Source: Candidatus Omnitrophota bacterium (GTDB lineage: Bacteria; Omnitrophota; Gorgyraeia; Zapsychrales; Fredricksoniimonadaceae). Taken from it: DNA of 64,000 bases. The position numbers were made by a program, and so were the translations under genes. The notes under the pieces are model-generated. The model was not told the DNA's origin, did not search any database, and worked only from the letters and a program-made list of their open reading frames with translations. This document shows positions 21,781 through 31,144 of this stretch, one piece after another (position 1 is the first letter of the stretch; the number at the start of each line of letters is the position of its first letter). The DNA is taken from the NCBI GenBank assembly GCA_016201795.1, contig JACQCF010000020.1:5651-69650 (forward strand), read 5' to 3'.

Positions 21781-23016
21781 ATGATGAATTTAAAAAATAA
21801 AAAAGTCACCGTTATTGGCGCTGCCAGAAGCGGTTTGGCGGTGGCTGATTTAGTTCTTCGATGCGGCGGTATCCCAAAAATTTCGGAATCTAAGCCTCAT
21901 GTCTCCATTCCTTGTGGAATTACCGTCGAGACAGGAGGGCACACCCAAGCATTCATTCAAGACAGTGATTATGTTATCTTAAGCCCGGGGGTACGCATCG
22001 GCAGCCCGCCAGTGCAATGGGCCGAGGATAAAGGCATTGAAGTCATGGGGGAAGTGGAGCTTGCTTTCAGGTTTTGTCCATGCCCCATCGTTGCGGTCAC
22101 CGGCAGTAATGGCAAAACCACCACCTCAACCTTGATCGCTGAAATTTTAAAGAAAGCAGGACGTTCAGTGTGTCTGTGCGGCAATATCGGCAGTCCTTTT
22201 TCCAACTATGTTTTCAATCTTAAACCGACGGATACGGTGGTGCTGGAAATCAGTTCTTTTCAGTTGGAGTCGATGATTCATTTTAAACCCCATGTGGCCC
22301 TTTGGCTTAATTTCAGCCAGAATCATTTGGACCGCCATAAGGATTTGACGAAATATTTCCAGGCCAAGAAAAAAATTTTTGCCAATCAAGACAAAAATGA
22401 TTTTGCCGTCTTAAATTTCGCTCAGGAAGAATTTCACGATTTAGCCAAAGGCTTGAAATCCAAAGTATTGTTTTTCAACGGCCCTGATGTCTGCTCGGAT
22501 ATTACCAATCCGAATGATTTAGCCGCTTTGACGGCTGCCAAGGCTTTAGGGGTGTCTGAAAGTATTAGCCGTCAGGTATTTTTGGAGTTTAAAGGGGTGG
22601 AGCATCGTTTGGAATTAGTCAGGACTTTGCACGGCGTGGATTATATTAATGATTCCAAGTCTACCACTGCCGAGGCCAGCCGATGGGCGCTGGAGCGTAC
22701 ACATAAGCCGATCATTATGATTTGCGGCGGCCGTCATAAACAGATTGATCTTTCTGTGCTCAAAGGTTTGGTTGGCCGCAAGGTCAAACAAATGATCGCC
22801 ATCGGGGAGGCCAAAGATCTTATACAACAAACCTTCAAGGATGTAGTGCCGGTGGCCACATGTTCATCGTTTAAGGAGGCTATTAAAGCCGCGCAGCAAA
22901 AAGCCCAAGAAGGCGACGCGGTGGTACTATCTCCCATGTGCGCCAGCTTTGATATGTTTAACGATTATGAACATCGAGGGAAAGTTTTTAAAGAAATCGT
23001 GAAGGATCTCAAGTGA
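21781..23016 (+). CDS. murD: UDP-MurNAc-L-Ala:D-Glu ligase
   Basis: N-terminal Rossmann VIGAARSG and Mur ligase P-loop VTGSNGKTTT. Confidence 0.9.
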   Translation: MMNLKNKKVTVIGAARSGLAVADLVLRCGGIPKISESKPHVSIPCGITVETGGHTQAFIQDSDYVILSPGVRIGSPPVQWAEDKGIEVMGEVELAFRFCPCPIVAVTGSNGKTTTSTLIAEILKKAGRSVCLCGNIGSPFSNYVFNLKPTDTVVLEISSFQLESMIHFKPHVALWLNFSQNHLDRHKDLTKYFQAKKKIFANQDKNDFAVLNFAQEEFHDLAKGLKSKVLFFNGPDVCSDITNPNDLAALTAAKALGVSESISRQVFLEFKGVEHRLELVRTLHGVDYINDSKSTTAEASRWALERTHKPIIMICGGRHKQIDLSVLKGLVGRKVKQMIAIGEAKDLIQQTFKDVVPVATCSSFKEAIKAAQQKAQEGDAVVLSPMCASFDMFNDYEHRGKVFKEIVKDLK

Positions 23017-23020
23017 ACAT

Positions 23021-24115
23021 ATGAAAGAAACCCGGGTTAATTTAACTGTCATTGTTTCGGCTTTAATCTGTATTGGGATTGTGATGATCTATAGCGCCAG
23101 CTGTGTCAATGCGCTGCAGAATTATCAGGATAGCTTGTATTACCTCAAACGCCATTTGCTGTTTTTGGTCATGGGTTTGGCGGCCTGCGTGTGGGTGATG
23201 AGCATGGATTACCGTCAAATTCAGCCGCATGCGCGCCTTCTTTTAGGGATAAGTCTTTTTCTTTTGGTTTTGGTGCTCATTCCGCATATTGGCAAAGAAA
23301 GTTATGGGGCTCGCCGCTGGTTTAAATTAGGTGTTTTTCATTTTCAGCCCTCGGAGCTGGCCAAATTAGCGGTGATCATTTACACGGCGGACTTTTTAAG
23401 CCGCAAACAACAGCTGATCCGTGATTTTAAGCAGGGATTCTTGCCGCCGATTTTAGTCATGGGGGTCGTTTGTTTATTAACGGTCAAACAGCCGGATTTG
23501 GGGACCACGGTTGAGATGGCGGTCGTGGTCTTGGGGCTCATGTTGATTGCCGGAGCCCGTCTTTGGCATTTGGCCGCTATCACTGCGGCGGCTATACCCC
23601 TCGTGGTTTATTTAGTAGCTAAAGAACCTTACCGCATGGCGCGCATCATTGCGTTTTTAGATCCATGGCAGGACAGCCAGGGCATAGGTTTTCAGCTGAC
23701 CCAGTCGCAAATTGCGCTCGGCTCCGGTGGAATTTTTGGTGTCGGCTTGGGACACAGCCAGCAGAAATTATTTTATTTGCCGGCGGCGCACACGGACTTT
23801 ATTCTTTCGATTATCGGCGAAGAATTGGGATTGGCGGGAGCTTTGGCGGTTATCGTGCTGTTCGTGTTGTTTATCTGGACGGGTATTCGTTTGATCCGTC
23901 AGACGCATGAAAGTTTTGGATATTTCTTGAGCATCGGCATTATTTTAATGCTGGGGCTGCAAGCCATGGTCAATGTGGGGGTCAGTATCGGTGCTTTTCC
24001 GACCAAGGGGTTGCCGCTGCCGTTTATCAGCTACGGCGGCTCTGCTCTTATTTTTCATTTGGTGGCCATTGGCCTGCTTTTAAACGTCTCTAAGACGCAG
24101 GACCAGAAATTTTAG
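23021..24115 (+). CDS. ftsW: Peptidoglycan glycosyltransferase FtsW (SEDS family)
   Basis: 10-TM SEDS protein. RRWFKLGVFHFQPSELAKLAV and TDFILSIIGEELG motifs. Confidence 0.85.
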   Translation: MKETRVNLTVIVSALICIGIVMIYSASCVNALQNYQDSLYYLKRHLLFLVMGLAACVWVMSMDYRQIQPHARLLLGISLFLLVLVLIPHIGKESYGARRWFKLGVFHFQPSELAKLAVIIYTADFLSRKQQLIRDFKQGFLPPILVMGVVCLLTVKQPDLGTTVEMAVVVLGLMLIAGARLWHLAAITAAAIPLVVYLVAKEPYRMARIIAFLDPWQDSQGIGFQLTQSQIALGSGGIFGVGLGHSQQKLFYLPAAHTDFILSIIGEELGLAGALAVIVLFVLFIWTGIRLIRQTHESFGYFLSIGIILMLGLQAMVNVGVSIGAFPTKGLPLPFISYGGSALIFHLVAIGLLLNVSKTQDQKF

Positions 24116-24123
24116 GATATGCG

Positions 24124-25173
24124 ATGAGGATTGTTATTGCCACTGGCGGAACAGGGGGGCATATTTTTCCAGCTCTACAGACGGCCTGTGTTTTAAGAGA
24201 CCGCGGCCATGAAGTGATTTTTGCCGGCGTCCTAGCCTTAAGTGAAGAAAAAGTTAAGGCGCAGGGGTTTAAAACTATAGTGATCAAGGCGCGTGGATTG
24301 ACCAATCGATCTTTGACCGGTTTACTTCAGTTTAGCTTTTTCATGTTGCAAGCCATAGGTAGCGCCATCCAAGCGCTTGGGCAAACGCAGCCTGATAAAG
24401 TCATTGGCTTTGGCGGTTATGGGTCCTTTGCGGTTGTTTTGGCCGCGCGCCTGCTTCATATACCGACGATGATCCACGAGCAAAATATGGTACCTGGCAA
24501 AGCCAATCGTCTTTTGGCGAAGGTGGTCAAAAAGGTGGCGATCAGTTTCCTTGAAACTCAAAACTATCTTAATCCCCATAAGATCGTCTTGACAGGGTGC
24601 CCTTGCCATCAACAGAGGTCTTTAGAGAGCAGAGAGAATTTACTTCAAAAGTTTTCGCTAGAGGCCGATCGTGCGACCATCTTGCTCTTAGGGGGCAGTC
24701 AAGGAAGTCAAAAACTCAATGAGGTGTTCTTCGCCATGATGTCGAGCGGGGGGCAACACAGACCGGTGCAGGCGATTCATATGACAGGAGCTAAAGAGTA
24801 TTTACTTTACACGACGAAATATCAAAACAGTTCTTTGCCGGTGAAAGTTTTTGAATTTATAAGTCCCATTGAAGAAGCGTATGCGATTGCTGATGTGGTC
24901 ATTGCCCGCGCCGGGGCAGCCACCGTCTGGGAATTGGGATTTTTTGCGAAACCTTCCATTTTAGTGCCGTATCCTTTGGCTGATGGGCATCAAAAATATA
25001 ATGCGCAACTTCTCGTGCGAGGGGGATTGGCTCAAATGATTGAACAGAAAGATTTGACCGCGGATATTTTAAAAAAGGCGGTGCAATCTTTGTTGGAGAC
25101 GAAATTCGACCGTCAAGCGCTTTTCAGCAATCATCCGGACCAGGAATTGGCGCTGGCCGTGGAGAACCTATGA
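24124..25173 (+). CDS. murG: UDP-GlcNAc:lipid I GlcNAc transferase
   Basis: GT28: MRIVIATGGTGGHIFPAL N-terminal glycine-rich loop and C-terminal ARAGAATVWE motif. Confidence 0.9.
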   Translation: MRIVIATGGTGGHIFPALQTACVLRDRGHEVIFAGVLALSEEKVKAQGFKTIVIKARGLTNRSLTGLLQFSFFMLQAIGSAIQALGQTQPDKVIGFGGYGSFAVVLAARLLHIPTMIHEQNMVPGKANRLLAKVVKKVAISFLETQNYLNPHKIVLTGCPCHQQRSLESRENLLQKFSLEADRATILLLGGSQGSQKLNEVFFAMMSSGGQHRPVQAIHMTGAKEYLLYTTKYQNSSLPVKVFEFISPIEEAYAIADVVIARAGAATVWELGFFAKPSILVPYPLADGHQKYNAQLLVRGGLAQMIEQKDLTADILKKAVQSLLETKFDRQALFSNHPDQELALAVENL

Positions 25174-25967
25174 ACCGTGCCCTTCAAGTTTTCGTGTTGG
25201 TGAGCCTGTGGTTGGCTGTACAGACTTTTCATGCCCGGGCTGCCAAAGAGTGGGAAATGATTAAAGGGGATAATTTTATTGTGTATTATCGGCCTTCTGA
25301 TGTGCCCGAAGATTTCGCCAGGACGGTCATGGATTCGGCCCAAGAAGAATTCGGGAATGTGACGACGAATTTAGGGATTACACGTTATCAAGGATGGAGT
25401 GGGGATAAGCGCGCTTCGATTTATATTTACAGGGACGAAAATGATTATGTGCAAAACGGCGGCCAGGCAGGCTGGTCGCATGGGGCGGCGCTGGTACAAA
25501 CCAAAATGATCAAGACTTACCCATCGGATGCAGGATTTTTTGATTCGCTTTTGCCGCATGAGCTGGGGCATATCATTCTTCATGAATACGTTGGGCCTTA
25601 CGCTGATGTCCCTTTGTGGTTCGATGAAGGGGTGGCTATGTATCAGGAAAAAGCCAAGCGTCTGGGCACTAATAAGATTGTTCAAGAGGCCTTAGCAAAT
25701 GGTCAATTTATTCCTTTATCAGAGCTGACAGTTATGCGATTATATAACAATTCCGATCAAAAGACGGTAGAGCTTTTTTATGCGGAATCGGCCAGCATCG
25801 TCAATTTTATGATCACCCAGTTGGGAGAAAGTCATTTTTATAAACTCTGTCACGAATTAAAAGAGCATACGCCTTTGGTGGATGCTTTGCCTAAGATTTA
25901 TATGCATATCCAAGATTTGGATGATTTGAATAAAAGGTGGGTGAATTATTTAAAGGATCGCTCATGA
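25170..25967 (+). CDS. Secreted HExxH zinc-metallopeptidase-like protein inserted in the dcw cluster
   Basis: Signal peptide (VFVLVSLWLAVQTFHARA) and HELGHIILHE...E gluzincin-type motif. No homology to canonical dcw genes. Confidence 0.5.
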   Translation: MNRALQVFVLVSLWLAVQTFHARAAKEWEMIKGDNFIVYYRPSDVPEDFARTVMDSAQEEFGNVTTNLGITRYQGWSGDKRASIYIYRDENDYVQNGGQAGWSHGAALVQTKMIKTYPSDAGFFDSLLPHELGHIILHEYVGPYADVPLWFDEGVAMYQEKAKRLGTNKIVQEALANGQFIPLSELTVMRLYNNSDQKTVELFYAESASIVNFMITQLGESHFYKLCHELKEHTPLVDALPKIYMHIQDLDDLNKRWVNYLKDRS

Positions 25968-27340
25968 AGAGCAAGCATTATCATTTTATTGGCATCGGCG
26001 GTATGGGGATGGGGACGCTGGCATTATTATTGTTAGCCAAAGGGCATAAGATCAGCGGTTCAGATCTTAAAGACAATGAACTGATAGCTCAACTGTGCAA
26101 AAACGGGGCGACGGTCGCCATGGGCCATCAAGCCAGTAATATTCAAAATCCTGATTATGTGGTTTATTCTTCGGCGATTCCTATAAACAATCCCGAAAGG
26201 ATTGAATCAGTCAGCCGTCAATTATCTTTGCTTAAACGTGCTCAAGTGTTAGCCCAACTGGTCAATGAACAGGTCGGTATCACCATTGCCGGCGCGCACG
26301 GCAAAACCACGACGACCTCGATGGTCTCGTATCTTTTGCTCAATGCTGGACTTAAACCTACCACCGCCATCGGGGGCATCATTAACGGTCATACCTACAA
26401 TGCGCATTTGGGGGAAGGTAAATATTTCGTGGCGGAGACGGATGAAAGCGACGGCACGTTCTTGTATTTTCGCCCCCGGTATTCGATTATCACCAATATT
26501 GATTTTGAGCATGTGGATTTTTATAAAGATTGGCAGGGAATTTTAGAAGCTTATCGTAAATTTATTAACTGTACCGTTGAAGGCGGGTGCGTGATTGCCT
26601 GCAGCGAAGACCAACGGCTTAAAATTCTGGTGAAAGAATCTAAAAAGCAGGCCGTCTTTTACGGATTCGATCACACTTGCGATGTGTGGGCCAAAAATAT
26701 TATCACGGATGGTTTTCATTCGCAGTTCGAGTGCCATACAAAGACGGCCAAGCTGGCTGATTTCGAATTGATGGTACCGGGCCGCCACAACGTGCTTAAT
26801 GCCTTAGCGTGCATTGCTTTAGGTCTACAGCTGGGTGTTTCTGTTGAGATGATGCAAAAGACGCTCAAAGAGTTTAGCGGTGTCAAGCGCCGGTTTCAAC
26901 TTAAATGCCAGATGGAGGATATTATGGTCGTCGATGATTACGGACATCATCCGACAGAAATTGTCGCTACCCTCCAAGCGGCGAGGCTGTTTCATAAAAA
27001 ACGTTTGGTGACGGTTTTTCAACCTCACCGGTATTCCCGTACCAAATTTTTGCTGAATGAATTTGCCCACAGCCTGGCCCTTACCGACTGGTTAATCATT
27101 ACGGATATTTACGCGGCCAGTGAAAAGCCCTCTGCAGGGGTGGGGATTAAAACTTTACTAGAGACCTTGCAGAAGGCCATGGGCAACCGGGTTGTTTATT
27201 TAAAGAAAGAAGAGATCTTAAATCACCTGGCTGATTTTGTACAAAACGGGGACTTAGTTTTATTTTTAGGAGCAGGAGACATTTATCATTGTTGCGATGA
27301 GCTGGTTAATATTCTAAATAAAAAGAAAGTGATGGTATGA
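25964..27340 (+). CDS. murC: UDP-MurNAc:L-Ala ligase
   Basis: MKSKHYHFIGIGGMGMGTLA N-terminus and P-loop IAGAHGKTTTTS. Start at internal Met overlapping the upstream stop (ATGA). Confidence 0.9.
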   Translation: MKSKHYHFIGIGGMGMGTLALLLLAKGHKISGSDLKDNELIAQLCKNGATVAMGHQASNIQNPDYVVYSSAIPINNPERIESVSRQLSLLKRAQVLAQLVNEQVGITIAGAHGKTTTTSMVSYLLLNAGLKPTTAIGGIINGHTYNAHLGEGKYFVAETDESDGTFLYFRPRYSIITNIDFEHVDFYKDWQGILEAYRKFINCTVEGGCVIACSEDQRLKILVKESKKQAVFYGFDHTCDVWAKNIITDGFHSQFECHTKTAKLADFELMVPGRHNVLNALACIALGLQLGVSVEMMQKTLKEFSGVKRRFQLKCQMEDIMVVDDYGHHPTEIVATLQAARLFHKKRLVTVFQPHRYSRTKFLLNEFAHSLALTDWLIITDIYAASEKPSAGVGIKTLLETLQKAMGNRVVYLKKEEILNHLADFVQNGDLVLFLGAGDIYHCCDELVNILNKKKVMV

Positions 27341-28290
27341 GTTCGTCGGGTTTTGGCAACATTGGTGTTTTGATGGGTGGATGTTCTTCCGAGAGAGAGA
27401 TTTCTTTGCGCTCCGGATCCGCGGTGGCGCAAGCTTTAGCCGCCGCCGGTTACGCTGTCCAAACCATTGATATCACCACCAATGACCGGCTCAAAATCAT
27501 CGCAATGATTAAGCATAGAGGAATTGAGGCGGCCTTCCTTGCCTTGCATGGCCGTCTGGGGGAAGACGGTGTGATCCAATCGATTTTAGAAGAGATTGAT
27601 ATTCCTTATACGGGTTCAGGGCCCGCGGCCAGTCAAAAAGCGTTTAATAAAGTTACGGCCCAGACGGCTTTTCAAAATGCGGGCCTTGCTGTGCCGGAAA
27701 ATTTTTTTATTACCGACGGAGAAGAGGTGAGTTTTAAAAATGTTTTTGGCGTGCTTAAAAGATTGCCCTTGGTGGTCAAGGCTGCCTGTGAGGGCTCCAG
27801 CATTGGCGTTTATATGGTCCGTCATCCCTCGCAGTGGGAAGCCACCCTTAAAGACGCTTTGGCTTTCGGCTCCTATGTGATTGTGGAAAAATTTATCAAA
27901 GGCCGGGAAGTGACAGCCGGCATTTTTGACGGCGAGGCCCTGCCTTTGGTAGAAATTATCACCCAGAGCCCATTTTTCGATTTTAACGCGAAGTATCAAA
28001 AAGGTTTGACGGATTATGTGGTGCCTGCCCCATTGCCGCAAGAGTTAACCCAAAAGATTCAGTCTATGGCACTTTCGGCCTATGATGTTTTAGGCTGTGA
28101 AGGGTTTGCGCGGGTGGATATCCGTATCGATGAATCCGGCCAGCCGTATATTTTAGAGCTCAATACGATTCCGGGATTTACGGAAACCAGTTTGTTTCCT
28201 AAAGCCGCGGCGAAGGTCGGCTACAGTTTTTTGCAAGTGTGCGAGAAATTATTAGATTTAGCCTATGGCCCCTCGTCCTTAGCAAAATAG
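27337..28290 (+). CDS. ddl: D-alanine--D-alanine ligase
   Basis: IGVLMGGCSSEREISLRSG N-terminal motif and ATP-grasp domain (LELNTIPGFTETSLFPK). Confidence 0.9.
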   Translation: MSSSGFGNIGVLMGGCSSEREISLRSGSAVAQALAAAGYAVQTIDITTNDRLKIIAMIKHRGIEAAFLALHGRLGEDGVIQSILEEIDIPYTGSGPAASQKAFNKVTAQTAFQNAGLAVPENFFITDGEEVSFKNVFGVLKRLPLVVKAACEGSSIGVYMVRHPSQWEATLKDALAFGSYVIVEKFIKGREVTAGIFDGEALPLVEIITQSPFFDFNAKYQKGLTDYVVPAPLPQELTQKIQSMALSAYDVLGCEGFARVDIRIDESGQPYILELNTIPGFTETSLFPKAAAKVGYSFLQVCEKLLDLAYGPSSLAK

Positions 28291-28349
28291 TGCGCAAGGG
28301 ACTCGGGACTATGGTGAGGATGTGATTAATTTTTTTAAGTTGACGAACC

Positions 28350-29120
28350 ATGGCAAAAAAGTCCAGCGTTAAAATTCCAGCCATTGTGATCATTCGTTTG
28401 ATTGTTTTTCTTTTGATCGGTTGTATTTTCTTTTGGATTTACAGCCGTGCAGCGGATTTTTTAACCGGCGCTCCTTTGTTTGATGTCAAACAGGTGCTGG
28501 TGGATCAATCGATTAGTTTCATTGACCACCGGCCTTTAAAAGCGCTCAAAGGTCAAAATATTTTTAGCGTCGATCTAGCCAAACTTCATCGTCATATTGC
28601 CGCCGAGTATCCTCAAATCGCCATGCTCAGAATTGTGCGTCAATTGCCAGATACGATTAAGGTATTGGCCAAAAAAAGAGATATTCTCCTGCAGGTTCAG
28701 GTCCACGGCAAATATTTAGTGGTGGATACCGAAGGCGTGAGTATGTTCTATACATCTCAAGCTTTGGCGTTTCCTGTGGTACGGGGAGTGCCCTTTGAAA
28801 GAAATAAGGTGGTTTTGGGTGTGGCCTCTTCCATTAAAGAATTAAATCTGGTGGTAGAACTTTTCGGGCAGTTAAAATTGTATCCACATACCAGGCAGCT
28901 TAAAGTCATCATGGTGGAAGCAGGGAATGTCTCGAAAATAGAGTTGACGGTTATGCCCCATGTGCAGATTATCATTGACCAGGAGGATTTAGCCGCCAAA
29001 ATCAACATGTTAGAACTCCTTTTACAAAAGGGTAAAATCAATTGGAGTCAGATTAAATACATCGATGTTCGTTTTAAAGAACCTATCATCAGTGAAAATA
29101 ATCCCAAGGAAAAACAGTAA
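28350..29120 (+). CDS. ftsQ: Cell division protein FtsQ/DivIB
   Basis: N-terminal TM followed by POTRA plus FtsQ-type domain. Positioned between ddl and ftsA. Confidence 0.75.
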   Translation: MAKKSSVKIPAIVIIRLIVFLLIGCIFFWIYSRAADFLTGAPLFDVKQVLVDQSISFIDHRPLKALKGQNIFSVDLAKLHRHIAAEYPQIAMLRIVRQLPDTIKVLAKKRDILLQVQVHGKYLVVDTEGVSMFYTSQALAFPVVRGVPFERNKVVLGVASSIKELNLVVELFGQLKLYPHTRQLKVIMVEAGNVSKIELTVMPHVQIIIDQEDLAAKINMLELLLQKGKINWSQIKYIDVRFKEPIISENNPKEKQ

Positions 29121-29128
29121 GGTCCGAT

Positions 29129-30361
29129 ATGTTTAAGAAGATGGCGCGCAGTCAATATTTTTGTGGGCTGGACTTAGGCTCGCAGACGATCAAAGCGGCG
29201 TTGGTCAGAGCCCAGGATGAAAATAACTTGGAATTGTTAGGCGTATTCGAATCACCGGCGATTGGACTCAAAGAAGCCTCTATCAGCGATTTGACGGAGC
29301 TGTCCCAAACCATTGCACGGACCATGAAAGGTGTTTGCCAGAGGGTAGCGGTTAAACCAACAGGAGTTCATTTAGGCATCAGTGCCGATTTATTGGCATT
29401 CCGCCGATCGTCGGCGGTGATTCCTCTGGTAGATACCGGCACTAAAATCATTGCTCCTTCGGATCTTCAGAAGGTTAATCATCAGGCCAGGCTCCTGGGG
29501 GCAGGTATCGACGAGGAGATCGTGCACAGTTTTGAACAGTCCTATAAAGTCGATGATGTCAATGTGGCTCTCAATCCACAGGGGCTTTATGGACGTAAAT
29601 TAGAATCCCATTTTTTGCTTTTAACCGCCAATAGCGGGCGTTTACGCAATATGACCAAGGCTGTTCATCAGGCTGGTTTCGACGTACACCGTGTCTCGCT
29701 TTCAAGTTTTGCCGCCAGTCAGGTGGCTTTAGATGAATCTTTAAAGAAAGAAGGCTGCGCGCTTATTGATATCGGCGCTCACATGAGCAGTGTTTTGTTT
29801 TTTAAAAACGGTGTTTTGGGGGATATTCAATTCATTCACTGGGGCGGACATTTCGTGACTCAAAGTATTGCCGACCGCTTGAGTTTAACCATTGATTTAG
29901 CCGAAGAAATCAAAAAGACGCATGCGGTGGCTGCCAAATTAACGGTTCAGGAATCCTCGGGGGACATTTTAGTCAAACGGGAAAAAGGTTATGTTCCCAT
30001 CCGGCGTCAAAGCGTGTGTGAGGCGGTGGAGTGGGAAATTGAAAATTTGCTGACGCATCTGGAAACTGTTTTGAAAGGCTCGCCGCTCTATCATCAGCTC
30101 AATAAAGGAGTGGTGATTGTCGGCGGAACAGCCCTGTTGCCGGCGTTGATGGAGCGTATTGAGGAGAGGACAAATCTGGCGGTAAGCCTTGGGATTGCCA
30201 CCAAAGGTCTGCAGAATCCTTCCATTTTTGCCGGCGCCATCGGTTTGGCGCAGATGAATTATGCGCAGAAAAAAAGCGAAACATTCAATGTGTACACTAC
30301 CAAACATTGGGCGCAAAGAATTTGGGGCAGGTTTGAGGAATTATGCCAGGAATATTTCTAA
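29129..30361 (+). CDS. ftsA: Cell division protein FtsA
   Basis: Actin-fold ATPase (GLDLGSQTIKAALV phosphate-1 motif; VVIVGGTALLPAL). Last gene of the cluster, with no ftsZ downstream. Confidence 0.85.
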   Translation: MFKKMARSQYFCGLDLGSQTIKAALVRAQDENNLELLGVFESPAIGLKEASISDLTELSQTIARTMKGVCQRVAVKPTGVHLGISADLLAFRRSSAVIPLVDTGTKIIAPSDLQKVNHQARLLGAGIDEEIVHSFEQSYKVDDVNVALNPQGLYGRKLESHFLLLTANSGRLRNMTKAVHQAGFDVHRVSLSSFAASQVALDESLKKEGCALIDIGAHMSSVLFFKNGVLGDIQFIHWGGHFVTQSIADRLSLTIDLAEEIKKTHAVAAKLTVQESSGDILVKREKGYVPIRRQSVCEAVEWEIENLLTHLETVLKGSPLYHQLNKGVVIVGGTALLPALMERIEERTNLAVSLGIATKGLQNPSIFAGAIGLAQMNYAQKKSETFNVYTTKHWAQRIWGRFEELCQEYF

Positions 30362-30724
30362 TCAGGCGTCTTTCTGACGCTGATCATTACGGCGGTGGCT
30401 TAAATTAAAATCGATATTCTTAAGAACGCTGCGTAACCTCAAGAGGCTGCTGAAAATATATAGAATCCAGAACGAGTTAAACAAAAGAAGAATCACAATG
30501 AGCAGAGAATTGACCGATTGTGCCATTAAAAGTTTTTCTAAGACAGTGCTTTTTTGAACATCGATGGTGACATCGATAATTTTAAGAGCATTAATGAAAG
30601 CAACAACGAAGATGGCCACCAGGATGATTTCAAAAAAGAGCATGTAGAAATGACGGACAATCCATTGCGCCGAGCGGTTGTCCCATTGACGAATTTTGTT
30701 CATGAAATCATTAAATGCCATCAC
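30362..30724 (-). CDS. Hypothetical small membrane protein (2-3 TM), convergent with ftsA
   Basis: 120-aa ORF with hydrophobic helices (IILVAIFVVAFINAL; LLIVILLLFNSFWILYIF). Stop abuts the ftsA stop. Confidence 0.4.
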   Translation of the reverse strand: MMAFNDFMNKIRQWDNRSAQWIVRHFYMLFFEIILVAIFVVAFINALKIIDVTIDVQKSTVLEKLLMAQSVNSLLIVILLLFNSFWILYIFSSLLRLRSVLKNIDFNLSHRRNDQRQKDA

Positions 30725-30897
30725 CAGGCTCCTTCAGCAGGTTTTGCGGGGCTAATTTTTTCAATTTCATTGTATAACCCTTTAATAGTGGAGCAATAAG
30801 AATTTTGGAATTTTTTTATTTGTGCGCCTGCCCCTCGCCTTAGGGCTCGGGACACGGCTTGAATTTTTTCTGATGTTATTTTTATAAGGAAAATTCT

Positions 30898-30971
30898 GCG
30901 CCTGTAGCTCAATTGGATAGAGCACTAGTCTTCGGAACTAGGTGTTGGGGGTTCAAGTCCCTCCAGGCGCG
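30898..30971 (+). tRNA. tRNA-Arg (anticodon TCG)
   Basis: Acceptor GCGCCTG/CAGGCGC, D-arm TAGCTCAATTGGATAGAGCA, anticodon stem CTAGT/ACTAG with loop CTTCGGA (TCG), T-loop GTTCAAGTC. Confidence 0.85.
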
Positions 30972-31023
30972 TTAATGAGCACATGATTTATGGAGGTATG
31001 CCGACATAAATCATAAGTGCGAA

Positions 31024-31082
31024 TTAACCCCGCAACATCCTGCTTATCGGCAGGCGGGTTTTGCGGGGTTAATATTTTTTTC
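31024..31082 (+). terminator. Rho-independent terminator downstream of tRNA-Arg
   Basis: Long hairpin TTAACCCCGCAA...TTGCGGGGTTAA (inner CCTGC-ttatc-GGCAGG) followed by a T7-8 tract. Confidence 0.65.
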
Positions 31083-31144
31083 ACTTTACTTTAAAATAAG
31101 TTTTGGCTATAGTTTTTCACAGTGTAGGAAAGAATTTTCTTGTC

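Noticed and set aside
26249-27070. Several 80-90-aa ORFs on both strands inside murC
   Set aside because: Embedded in a gene with unambiguous Mur ligase motifs. Frame-shadow artefacts.
30721-30912. 63-aa minus-strand ORF overlapping the 5' flank of tRNA-Arg
   Set aside because: Overlaps a tRNA gene, has basic low-complexity composition and no supporting signals.
30972-31144. Possible glycine riboswitch upstream of gcvT
   Set aside because: No tandem aptamer signatures (no ACCGAAGGGGCAA / CTCTGGAGAG cores). The region is explained by the tRNA terminator and an AT-rich promoter leader.
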